This document shows positions 53,499 through 64,000 of a stretch of 64,000 nt of DNA, in pieces. The stretch spans positions 28,024,001 through 28,088,000 of the forward strand of contig NC_043012.1 in the NCBI RefSeq assembly GCF_006345805.1. Direction: 5' to 3'. The stretch's first letter is position 1; each line of letters opens with the position of its first letter. Under the pieces are notes generated by a model. The model was given only the letters and a program-made list of their open reading frames with translations. It was not told the DNA's origin and did no database searches. The DNA comes from Octopus sinensis (Eukaryota). Position numbers and translations under genes: made by a program.

Positions 53499-54290
53499 AC
53501 TCCCTCCTCTCTCTTTATTTCCCTCTCTCTGCTTTTCCCGGATTGAGTCTGCCCTGCGAAGCTGGAGTAGGTTTCTTTGTAACTCCGAGCTAAGTTGGAT
53601 TAAATCTACATACCTTTCATTGTCTGCGTCTTTCCACTTTTTCTTCAGCTGCCTTAGCTCTTTCTCCTCGCTTGTTGTTTTTGCCTTCCTTCAGGCCAAA
53701 GGCATCTCGGCATAACTGGTATGCTACTTGCACCAAGATTTTTATCTTCCTGGTAGCGTCACTTTTCAGAATATTTCCCAGGATGATGCTCTTATCCAAC
53801 AGGGCTCATGTCCTATTTGTTGCTGGTGGTAAATTCAGCGATAGTTTCTTCTCGAAGCCCCGTGGGTTTTCAGATTCCTCCACTTTTCTTGTGCCTTCAG
53901 TAAGTGAGTTCTGTCGTTTTCCTCTGGGCCCTGATCTTCCTTCAATTGAGATGCAGTGCTAATACTCCCCAAGCTAGACGACTTTGGAGAATAAGACGCT
54001 TTGCTTTGCTCTAGTTGCACTTTGCATTTCGATTTGCTTTGATGAATTTTCACGCTACGTTCGCTTCTTAAATATTCTACCACAGACGTTGCATCTCCTT
54101 TTGGTTTTACCCTCCTGTCTTGCTGTATCTATTTTCATATTACGAAAATTCATATCCAAGTCGTTCTCTGTACGTTCCGTCCCGTTGGCAGATTATCCCC
54201 TCTCCTCGGTCTACCTGAGCGTATTCTTCCTGACCCGTATTAGCTTTCTTAGCTTCCTGATGTGCTTCGGGTGCCAGCCCTCACACTTTT
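52320..54290 (-). mobile_element. HERO/R2-like RLE retrotransposon 5' portion (zinc finger + partial RT), decayed
   Basis: N-terminal CNVCGRIFK.ERSVKIHQ..SKC (~54020-54095); VVGKARADSTPGP..YKIYKNC; LDLAKAYPRVP; GIMTGCTISVLLFV..MN; AFLDNI. Confidence 0.75.
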
Positions 54291-54308
54291 ATGTATACAT
54301 ATATATTA

Positions 54309-54542
54309 TTTTACTCATTTACTTGTTTCAGTCATTTGACTGCAGCCATGCTTGAGCACTTTTTTGAAGGATTTTAGTCGAACAATTTGACCCCAGGATT
54401 TATTTTTAAGCCTAGGACTTATCCTATCGGTCTCTTTCGCCGAACCACTAAGTTACGGAGACCTAAGCGCACCAACACTTGTAGTCAAGCCGTGATGGAG
54501 GGACAAATACGGACACAAAGACACACACACACACTCGCGCGT

Positions 54543-54585
<43 letters not shown>

Positions 54586-54740
54586 CACACACGTATATAT
54601 ATACGACGGGCTTCTTTCAGTTTCCGTCTCCCAAGTCCACTCACAAGGCTCACTCGAAGCTATAGTAGAAGACACTTGCCCAAGGTGACACGCAGTGGGA
54701 CTGAACACGGAACCATGTGGTTGGGAAGCAAGCTTCTTAC
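54309..54740 (-). mobile_element. SINE family 2, near full length
   Basis: tRNA-like head, internal (CA)n and 3' region matching 36965-37175. Confidence 0.85.
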
Positions 54741-54779
54741 ATGATATATTTAGATAAAAGATGTAAATAAGATTTGTAT

Positions 54780-55290
54780 TATTAAAAGGGGTATATACAG
54801 AGAGTGTATGAAACTTTGTACAATCGGGGGTGTCAACAAATTTGGTGTGTATAAAAGTTTGCATATTTGACAATGTGTAAATATTTGTATAACCGATGAT
54901 ATATATAAATTGAGTGTGTATATAAATTGAGTGTGTACACAGATTCATATAGCTAATATATATAAATACATATAAAATTGATATCAATGATGTGTAGTGC
55001 TTATATAAGGTCTGTATAGTGGATCGTATATATAAATTTGTATAGTCAAGAGTATATGTAAGTTTGTATAACCAATGGTATATATAAGTTTGTATAATCG
55101 GGGGTGTATATAAGTTTGTGTAGTTGATGGTGTACATAAATTTTGATAGTCAAGCGAATATATAAACTGTTATAATTGAGGGTGTATATAAGATTGTATC
55201 ATCGGGGGTGTATACGTTTGTGTAGTCGACAGAGTATATAATTTTGTATAGTCAAGAGTTTTTATGTCTGTATTATTGAGGGTGTTATGG
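54780..55290. repeat. Degenerate minisatellite, unit of roughly 23-25 bp (atataagtttgtata..gggtgt)
   Basis: Recurring atataa(a/g)tttgt(a/g)ta and cgggggtgt motifs. Confidence 0.6.
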
Positions 55291-55718
55291 CGGTAATGCT
55301 AAAGTCACAATAATTATTAATTAAAAACTCGTATATCAAATTTTTGGATGAAATCTCATTATTTCTAACTCGGTGTGAAAATATAGGTAGGACATTAGCG
55401 TTTGTTATGTTAGCATTTGTTTTCGAAGAAAAAGAAAACAAAAAACAAACGCTAACGTTTATTTTCATAATGATATATATATATAATGTAAAGTATAAAA
55501 GCCATCTCAATATGGCTAACCACAAAGTGGGGGTGTTACTGTAGCTTTTTAGCCCCAGGAGATCATCGTCTCCAGCTGGCTTTAGACACCCTTTCAGTGC
55601 CCTTGAAGTATTTGCAAAGGGAGGCCATCCCTTCCTCGCAAGCCTGAGTGATACGCACGGACCGGTTTCGAGATTATTGTCTCTTATCAACGGGCGGTAA
55701 CCACCAGGTCACGATGAA

Positions 55719-57376
55719 TTCTCTTTATTATAGGCACAATGGCCCGAATTAAGAGGGGACATTACAATACAGGACATGGGGTACATATAATAAAAAAATC
55801 GAAAAGTATGGTATGACAACGAATTATTTATAATGAATTAATGAAATGTCTTACGGGTTCCCCAAGCTCGCAGTTTCATTTAAATTACCATTGTGTTATT
55901 CAGGGCGTTCATCTGTTATGTATTCGAGTACATCCTCCTGCTCTATAATCCCTGGCAAACTCTCGTACCGCACGTATTGCATTATGCATATACCTGTATA
56001 CATCTTGCTCAGTTTCATCACTGTCTCTCTTTCCACAATCGCCGCCTTCACCTGGTCATCAAACATTTTCAGATTTAATTTCACTCTTGTTAAACTTTTT
56101 ATGTTTGCCAACTTCTTCTCAATTTCCTTGTCCTTCTTGTACAACATTACCACTTTCAGATTTTTTCCTTTTGGTCTACTTCCTTCCCTACATACTCTCA
56201 GCCAATCTTCCACTTTACTTTCCCATTTTTTCTCCTCCTGCCGCCTTGAAACTTCACTCGCTTTCGTTTCAGTATCTTCCTCTTCGTGCGTTCGAACCTC
56301 TATCTCGTCGGTAGTCTTCTTTTTGGTTTTTTCTTTTTTTTTTGTTGTACTTTTGGTGGTGATTCCACCCGCGTTCTCTTTCTATCTTCTTTTCCTTCTG
56401 TTTTTTCCTTTTCTTCCTCATTCACCAACTCGTCACAACTTTCCACATTATCTGTATTCACACTTTCTTCTTCTACATTCGCCATTTGCAATTCCTCTGT
56501 CAGAGCCTCCAATGTTATCATCTCCTCTTGTACTTTTTTTTGCGGACACACATCCTTCATGTGGCCTCTAATCTTACATGTGTAGCACACTGGGGGTCTC
56601 CCCTCTACCACGACTCTGAGTCGTGTCTCGTCGGGGAACACCAACTCTTCTGGGATGTTATACATGTCTGGCATGGTTATGTGTACCAAAGCCTGTACTG
56701 CATAACCCCACCACTTTACTTCCTTCGACCTTTCTATCTTCAATATCTCGACATTCTCCTTGCAGTTAAATATTGTTGCTGCTATAATTCTCTCCATTTT
56801 CAATTCTGGTGAAATTTTGCTGATTCTTATTCTCACCGCTCGTCTTCTACAATAGCTTGGTAGTAGTATCCATTTTCCATTTTTCAATATTTTCGTAGCG
56901 TTCTTCTTTGCTTCAGCTTCGTTCTCAAAATGAACTACCACCGTCGCGTACTTTCTACCTCTATTATAGAAGGTAGCTTTTTCTTCAATTTCCTGCAAAC
57001 ACCTCTCGATTTCCTCCACCTCTGCCACTTCTATTTTCTTCGAAGCCACGCTCCACGTTCTATATGTCACAATATGCCTCTCTGCCTCCTTCACTTCGTC
57101 TTCTGGTAGTGTGACTCTCAGGGAGTCACCCTCCTTCTTGAAACTGTTGAAGTATTCCTTCAGGCTCTCCTTCTCGACGACTACTTCCTCCAACTGCAGC
57201 TCGCTCGCAGCCAGACCCTTGCCTGCCGCTCCTGCATAAGTTTGGGTTTGCATATTCGAAAAAAAAACTTCCATAATTCACCACGCCGTAACAGCTTCCA
57301 CCAGCGAACTCGAACTCACAACCGCGACACACAATAAACGCAATCCGAAATATCCGACACAAACAAAACAAAAAAA
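55719..57376 (-). mobile_element. ORF1-only non-LTR element with perfect 17-bp TSD
   Basis: CACCAGGTCACGATGAA at 55702-55718 and 57377-57393; single ORF1-like reading frame; ends ATAATAAAGAGAA; no RT or endonuclease. Confidence 0.92.
56300..57274 (-). CDS. ORF1-like nucleic-acid-binding protein with CCHC zinc knuckle (324 aa; probably ~459 aa when joined to 55896-56213 across an A10 run)
   Basis: CYTCKIRGHMKDVC at ~56546-56587; homologous to 41842-42333 and to the ORF1 remnant at ~26960-27130. Confidence 0.75.
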   Translation of the reverse strand: MEVFFSNMQTQTYAGAAGKGLAASELQLEEVVVEKESLKEYFNSFKKEGDSLRVTLPEDEVKEAERHIVTYRTWSVASKKIEVAEVEEIERCLQEIEEKATFYNRGRKYATVVVHFENEAEAKKNATKILKNGKWILLPSYCRRRAVRIRISKISPELKMERIIAATIFNCKENVEILKIERSKEVKWWGYAVQALVHITMPDMYNIPEELVFPDETRLRVVVEGRPPVCYTCKIRGHMKDVCPQKKVQEEMITLEALTEELQMANVEEESVNTDNVESCDELVNEEEKEKTEGKEDRKRTRVESPPKVQQKKKKKPKRRLPTR

Positions 57377-57757
57377 CACCAGGTCACGATGAAAGACAAG
57401 GCCTGCTTAACAAATCAGAGGTTGTCATTTTCTCAAGTTATTTATTCGTATGTAATCATAAAAAAGGAAAGGTCTGTTTTTACCTATTTATAGAGAACTT
57501 TAACTAGGCGAACATGATTCAAGGAGCAGCACGACATCGTGACGTGTATACGTCACCTAAATGTAGCTGAGCCGTATGGGACGATGCCACTGTTGTTTAT
57601 AGCCCCAGGAAGATATCTCCTCCAGCTGGCTAACGTCCGATCAGTTTTTGCGAAGGGAAATCATCGTTCCTATCTCTAGACTTAACAGCAACATTGCTTC
57701 CTCCACTACCAACACCAATACCATCGGCAACAACAAATATGCTCTCAACATATTAAC

Positions 57758-57821
57758 ATAACACTTGCAATCAATTAAGATCAAAAGCTATGAAAGCCAC
57801 TGCCTGGTACTGCATCAGAGC
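57758..57821. repeat. Terminal fragment of repeat family X followed by (ATT)n
   Basis: ataacacttgcaatcaattaagatc...gccactgcctggtactgcatcagagc matches the ends of the other X copies. Confidence 0.7.
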
Positions 57822-57867
<46 letters not shown>

Positions 57868-58309
57868 GTTATTATTATTATTATTCTATAACAGTTACTA
57901 CTTCAAGGTTTTGCATTAGTGTTAGTATTTACACATAGGGTATAGAGACGTTGAAACAGTTATGAAACGTTTTGTTTCACATTTAATATAAATAGCAAAA
58001 AAAAAAAATGAAATAAATAAGAGATTATGGATTTCACTAGTAAGTTTATGAATTATTTAAAAAGTATAGGAGTGATCACCAGGAGGCCAATGAAATGATT
58101 GGAATAGACAGCAGCTAGACGGTAGATAGATCAATAGAGTCTATCAGATAAACGGTTTAAATAGCATCACATCGATTGAAATGACGTTTATCATTAATTG
58201 CAGAAGTTCGCATGATCCCAAACGTATTTTAATTCTGTCAAATCTCTCGGTAAGTCGAAATTATCTGTCCTAAATTCGATTTTTTCGTATTTACTCAGTC
58301 CTTCATATT

Positions 58310-60289
58310 ATGGATAAATGGTTAAAAAAGTCAGTTGAAGCTGATGACGATGCGTCTTCAGTGAATCGAAACGAAGAAAAGACCAATCAATCAAAACTAA
58401 GCCAGTCAAAGCGAAGAAAAGTATTAAGAAAGTATGATTACGAGTACTTAAAAATGGGATTTACATGGAATGGATTTGAAGAAGATCCACGACCACGATG
58501 CATCATTTGTTATGAACAACTTGCAAACGAGAGCATGCATCGTCATCTTGAGACTAAGCACTCGGAGTTAAAAGACAAGCCTCTCGATTTTTTTGAGCGA
58601 ATGTTAACCAAGTTAAAGATAGGACAGAGCGTTATGCAACATTATACCAAAGTAAATGAAAAATCTCTGTATGTCTTACTTGGTCAGTTTTAAGAATCGC
58701 AAAAACTGGTGAGCCACACACAATTGGGGAGACTTTAGTTCTTCCAGTTATAAAAGATACAGTTAAAGTTTTCTTTGGTGATAAGAGTGAACAAGAAATT
58801 GAATCAATTCCTATTTCTACTAACACAGTCACGCGTAGAATCGATGAAATGTCTCAATGGGTAGAAAATCAAGTTATTGAACGGATTCGTGGAAGTCTTT
58901 TTTTTTCTTTACAACTCGATGAATCTACTGACGTACAAGGTTTGTGCCAGCTACGTGTTTTGTACGTTACATATGGAACTTTGTACCTCATGAAGATATG
59001 TTGTTCTGTGAACCTGTCAGTTGAAGTACCAGCGAGGACATTTTTAATACAGTTGATACTTATATTAGAGCAAAAAATCTTGATTGGTAAAAATGTGTCG
59101 GAATATGTACAGACGGCGCACGGTAGAAATAGTGGTGTGGTGACCAGAATACTTGAACTTAATCCCAATGCATCATGGGCTCACTGTAACCTTCACATGG
59201 CAGCGTTAGTATCAAAACACATAACTGATAATTTTGAAAATGTTTTGAATACTTCAGTCAAAATAGTGAACTTTATTAAGTCAAAGCCTTTGCAATCGCG
59301 CCTATTTGCGAAGTTGTGCGAAGAGATGGGAAGCGATCATAAATCACTTCTTTTGCACACAGAAATACGATGGCTCTCTAGGGGAAAAGTGTTAACAAGA
59401 CATGCAGAAATCCGCGAAGAAGTAGCTATATTTTTAGAAGATAAAAGCGATTTTGTGAAATATTTGCGCGACGAAGAATTTGTTCTGAGGCTTACGTATT
59501 TGGCAGATATTTTTTCAAAATTAAACGACCTGAATTTGTATTTACAAGGAACAGAAGGTATCAGTATATTTGCAATTCATGAGAAAATTCGAGGTTTTAT
59601 GAAAAAACTTGTCTTGTGAAAAAATCGTATTAACAACCGAAATTATGACTGTTTTGAAACTTTTGTAATGGAGAATAAAGCAAAAGTTGATGATGGTATA
59701 ATCATTGAGATATCTGAACACTTGAATAAGTTAAATGAAAGTTTTGAATTTTATTTTCATAAAGTGATGAATACTATGCAACAGAAAAGATGGATTATGA
59801 ACCCCCTTTCAGCCTGACGTGACGACTGGAATATCAACAAAAGCCGATGAGGAACTTATCGATTTATCCGAAGACTCTTCCTTGAAAATGACTTTTAACA
59901 CCCGAAAATTGGTACAGTTCTGGGCGTCTCTTCAAACCTCGTACCCAATCATTTCCACCGAAGCATTAAATGTATTTCTCCCTTTCACGTCATCTTATAT
60001 TTGTGAAGCTGGATTTTCAGCAATGGTTGGGATTAAAAGCAAATATCGAAATAAACTGCAACTCTCAAATTCCTTACGCCTGAAACTATCACGCATTGAA
60101 CCTGATGTTAATTCTATTATTGAGCGTAGCAAGAAACAGGCTCATCCTTCTCACAGGTCTCACTGAAGATGTAATCTGAAATAAATTTGTTAATTTCATT
60201 AATGTTTTTACTCAGTAGAGTTAAGTGGGTCGTCATAAACTGGTGTGATAAATAGTGGGTCGCGACTCTAAAATGTTTGGGAACCACTT
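58310..60289 (+). mobile_element. hAT (Buster/Charlie-type) transposon with inactivated transposase
   Basis: RKYDYEYLKMGF, BED-like CIIC..HLETKH, FSLQLDESTD, HCNLH..AL, RWLSRGKVL, SYICEAGFS; 3' terminus TTTGGGAACCACT; frameshifts and stops; left TIR not found. Confidence 0.9.
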
Positions 60290-60299
60290 CTCTACGGTG

Positions 60300-60920
60300 T
60301 CAGCTGTTCACTATCAGTGAACTAAGGTAACACCTCTTATTATCGAGCACCATCCAGAGTATTCGAGCGGTTCCGAGTAGTGCTGTTTTCTGCAAGTGCT
60401 CCACCCTTATTGCAGCCACTATTTGTTCCACGTACTTCTCACGATTTTTACTCACTGTTCCCAGGGCTCCGACAGTAATTGGTACTTCTACCACCTTTTG
60501 CACCGACCACAACTGCTTAACCTCCCAAGCTAAGCTGTTATATCTATCGACTTTACTTTCTTCTTTATCGCATACCTTGTTGTCATCTGGGCATGCTATA
60601 TCTATGATCCAGCATAGTTTGTTTTCTTTCTCAGCACTATTTCTGGTTTCCTATTCTCTATCGCATGGTCGCACTGAATTATAAAATTCCATAGGATCTT
60701 TGCATTATCATTTTCGATGATGCCTTTGGGTTATGTTCGTACCACTTTTTTGCTCTGTCAAGTCCATACTTGTTGCAAAGATACTGTCTTATATTCAACA
60801 TCCCTATGAAATTGTCCATGTCTTCTTTTTTTTATCCACCTATTTTCAGTTTCATTCATTCTCAAGTACTTTATCTTTGCAATCTTTCATCTTATACAAG
60901 TCCTGCTCCCCACCAAGTAT
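60300..60920 (-). mobile_element. R4/Dong-like 3' fragment (family of 12804-15330)
   Basis: PITVGALGTV..LQKTALLGTARIL; ILWNFIIQCD motif. Confidence 0.8.
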
Positions 60921-62262
60921 TTTTATTGAAAGGTGTATGAATGAGACGGGAGAACCCGTATGAATGGACCTACTCTGAACATTCGCTTGTAAACCGGAGG
61001 AGTTGCGAAGGACACCTGCTGAGGTGTTAGCAAGTTAAAGGAAGAATGACCAAAGGACATTTGGTCATTGGATATGGCTCAATCTTTTGGTGTAGTGTCA
61101 TGGTTATGATAATAATAATAATCTATAGTATAATGGAGAAAGCTGCTTATTAATTAGGTATGTAACGATTACTAAAAGTACTAAAAGAAAGCAATTATTA
61201 ATGGGTTGACCACCTGGAAATATTTTATAAATTCATGTTCTAAGAAATTTCTTATAATTTTGATTTCTTAAGTTAATTGAATTTTTTAAAACTCCAATTT
61301 CTCGCAAATTTAAATATTCAATGCATTCATTGCGTCCAATTGAAAATCTAAATATTCATTCCATTCACTGCGGAGTGTTCCATTCTCATTTGCAAAGTCT
61401 TTCACTTTCTCTTTTAAGTTTTCATTCGCTATTTGAAAAATCGGCAGTTTATACTATTAATGTATACGTAATTTATTATTCATTATTCTATCAATGTGTA
61501 AGTAATCTATTATTTATTGAATGAAAATATTTAAAATATCCGTATAATTTTTGAACGCGGGGTAGCTGTGAGAAGAGCCTAGAAAGTTGGGTTTCCTAAC
61601 TCTCTGTACCACTAAGCTAATATATACACAAGTAAGTTACATTTATACATGCGAGAGTGATAAAGAAACTAGGAGAGCTGGCTTTGGATATGCTAGGAAC
61701 AACAGCCAAATCGCCCTTAGATCATTCAGTTTTCCCTTTGAAAATATTAACAATTTAAAAAAAAACTTTTTACCGAAAATGCTCTTCCCATGGTTTTGAA
61801 AATTAGCCAAAAATGGCTCCAGAGTGGGATGGTGAAGGAGAAGGTGTAAGAAAAGGGTTTACAATAATTTTTCATACATTTCGAAGGCTGTGGTTTAAAA
61901 AAATGAGGAAAACCCCTGAAAAATATTTTCCCCACGAATTTCTTTCTAATCGTAATCTATGCCGTTTGAAAGAGATTTGTATAATTCATTAAAAGATACC
62001 CATCTTCCTGAAAGTTATGAGGGAAAAAAGTCAGATCGTGTGAATTTTCCAAAATTCCGCTCTCCACCCCTCGGAAAAATTCTTTCTCATAAAGCCACAA
62101 CAATAAAAGCAACACATACTAAGCAAGTGAGCGCTATTATACAAAGAAATAGTTAGATGTAAAATATAAGAATTATTAGAATTAAGAATCCAATGTGAAA
62201 ACATTATCAAGGGGTTAGAAGAAAATTGCCCAGAGGGCGGTGTTTCTGCTAGTAATAATAAT

Positions 62263-62298
<36 letters not shown>

Positions 62299-62340
62299 AA
62301 CAAGAACAATAATAATGATAATAATATTAATAATTATAAT

Positions 62341-62865
62341 CCTTTTCACTGGAAGTACAAGACTTCAAATTTAGGGGAAGGTATTAAGTCGATACCATCG
62401 ACGCCAGTGCGTAACTGGTACTTATTTAATCGAATGGATGAACGGCAATTAGAAGACGCTTTCCACCCCTTAAATTTAATGAAAATTTATACAAATCTCT
62501 TTCAAACGGCATAGGTTACGATTAGAAAGAAATTCGTGGGGAAAATATTTTTCAGGGGTTTTCCTCATTTTTTGCCGTTAGAAGACGAGGAGGAATAAAG
62601 TTACCGACAAGTACTCGAAACTTGCATATTATTCACAGTTTCCTAACTCTTTAATTGTTGTGGCTTTATGAGAAAGAATTTTTCCGAGGGGTGGAGAGCG
62701 GAATTAGTCGATACCATCGGCGCCAGTGCGTAACTAGAACTTATTTAATCGAAAGGATGAACGGCAAAGTCGACCTCGGCGGAATTTGACCTCAGAATGT
62801 AGCAGCAAACGAAATACCGCTAAGCACTTCTCCCGGTGTGCTAACGATTCTGCTAGCTCGCCGCC
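62341..62865 (-). mobile_element. SINE family 1 containing an internal duplication and a templated insertion
   Basis: 5' head at 62768-62865 and 3' end at 62341-62448; segment 62387-62448 is repeated at 62706-62767; (AAT)n on both flanks. Confidence 0.85.
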
Positions 62866-62872
62866 TTAATAC

Positions 62873-62927
<55 letters not shown>

Positions 62928-63589
62928 TATAACAACAACAACAACAACAACAACAAAAGGAAAGGCTGTAAAACCGGAACTTATAACATAAAACCAACCG
63001 AAAGAGAAAGAATGGCGGACAGATAATCATAAATATTATGAAATTGTTGATTGATGATACATCAATAATAATAATTATTATAGTTATAACTACGAAAGAA
63101 ACATCAACACATGTCCATAGGCGGTGTTAAAAAACGCTGAAAACATGGAACCTATAATAAAACCGATAAAAAGAGAAAGAACAGCGTATTGATAATCATA
63201 AATACCATGAAATAGTTGATTTATGATTTACACACTACTATGCAACACCCTACCAAAAACATACAAGACAGAAGAACACAACCTGCACTGCACAAACAAC
63301 ATACAATACAAAAACTAATACAACAGAAAACTCAAATCAACCCCAATAACAAAACATATTGATACAATACAATACCACCCCACCAAAAAATGCAACGCAC
63401 ACCACTCCTCCAGTACAAAGGTGCAACAAATGATGCAATAGTAAGTTGCTTGAAACTTCCAGATGTCTAAAAATAATAGTGGTGATGATGGTGACGAAAG
63501 TTACCTTACTTCTGTTTATGAGAGATGGGAGTGTCCGAAGAAAATTTGGCTGTAACAGCGAAAATTAAGCTGGACTTTTAAGGGAAGGC

Positions 63590-64000
63590 TTCTCACTCAG
63601 CAGTGGTTCAGTAAAGATGTAGACTTGTTGTTATCCTAATACAGCATCAGCAGATAATAGAGCAAGGAGGAGGAAGTGAACCAGCGAAGAATACAGGATA
63701 TGGATGCAGTGTTACTTAGAAAGTGAATCTAAAAGAAGGGGCTACAGAAAACGGATGTTAGCACTTTGGGTAGAGAAAAGTATATTTCAAGTAACTGGGC
63801 AGAGATCAGTATATCGAGCTAATGCTATAAGAAGAAAGTGGATGACAGAATTGGAGGTAGAAAAGATCACAAAAGATCTGGAAAAGAAACACCTGGCAGT
63901 AGGAAAGACAAACAACAGCATAAGAGGTACAGCTCAAACCAAAGAAGAATCTAAAGGAAAAAATAATAATAGCACTACCAATAAGGAAGGGTCAACTGGC
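63590..64000 (+). mobile_element. R4/Dong-like ORF N-terminal remnant (runs off the window)
   Basis: RRGYRKRMLALWVEK.IFQVT.QR...ANAIRRKWMTELEVEKI motif, which I recognise as typical of R4/Dong N-termini. Confidence 0.6.

Noticed and set aside
54463-55137. 224-aa YTNLY-repeat ORF
   Set aside because: It spans a minisatellite and a SINE, so it is a chance open frame.
58211-58230. Left TIR of the hAT element
   Set aside because: catgatcccaaacg is too degenerate, and no 8-bp TSD could be matched.
58310-60166. Domesticated ZBED5/SCAND3-like host gene
   Set aside because: Several frameshifts and stops plus a retained transposon 3' terminus indicate a dead hAT copy.

Overview
This is AT-rich, repeat-saturated eukaryotic DNA in which I can support no host protein-coding gene, rRNA, bona fide tRNA or CRISPR array. 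The repeat landscape (tRNA-derived SINEs, (ATT)n/(TATC)n/(TA)n/(CA)n microsatellites) resembles octopod cephalopod genomes; this is an inference from recall, not a database result. Most ORFs in the supplied track are microsatellite translations or fragments of dead transposons. Recognisable content: about ten R4/Dong-like RLE non-LTR retrotransposon fragments, mostly stacked head-to-tail on the minus strand in (TAA)n tracts; L1/Tx1-like, RTE, CR1-like, HERO/R2-like and Penelope-like (PLE) fragments; mariner, Tc1, hAT and a small Helitron; and three SINE families. The most interesting signals are: (i) two divergent ~1.7 kb elements with 15-17 bp target-site duplications that encode only an ORF1-like CCHC protein and share a 3'-terminal motif with RT-encoding L1/Tx1 remnants (a 'half-L1'-like parasite system); (ii) several unrelated short foldback elements carrying minimal type-I hammerhead ribozyme motifs, including one inside a perfect 100-bp inverted repeat and two with a CCGACGA core variant; (iii) a palindromic, double-headed tRNA-derived element with (AAT)n tails on both ends. 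Coordinates were read by eye; boundaries of decayed elements are approximate.
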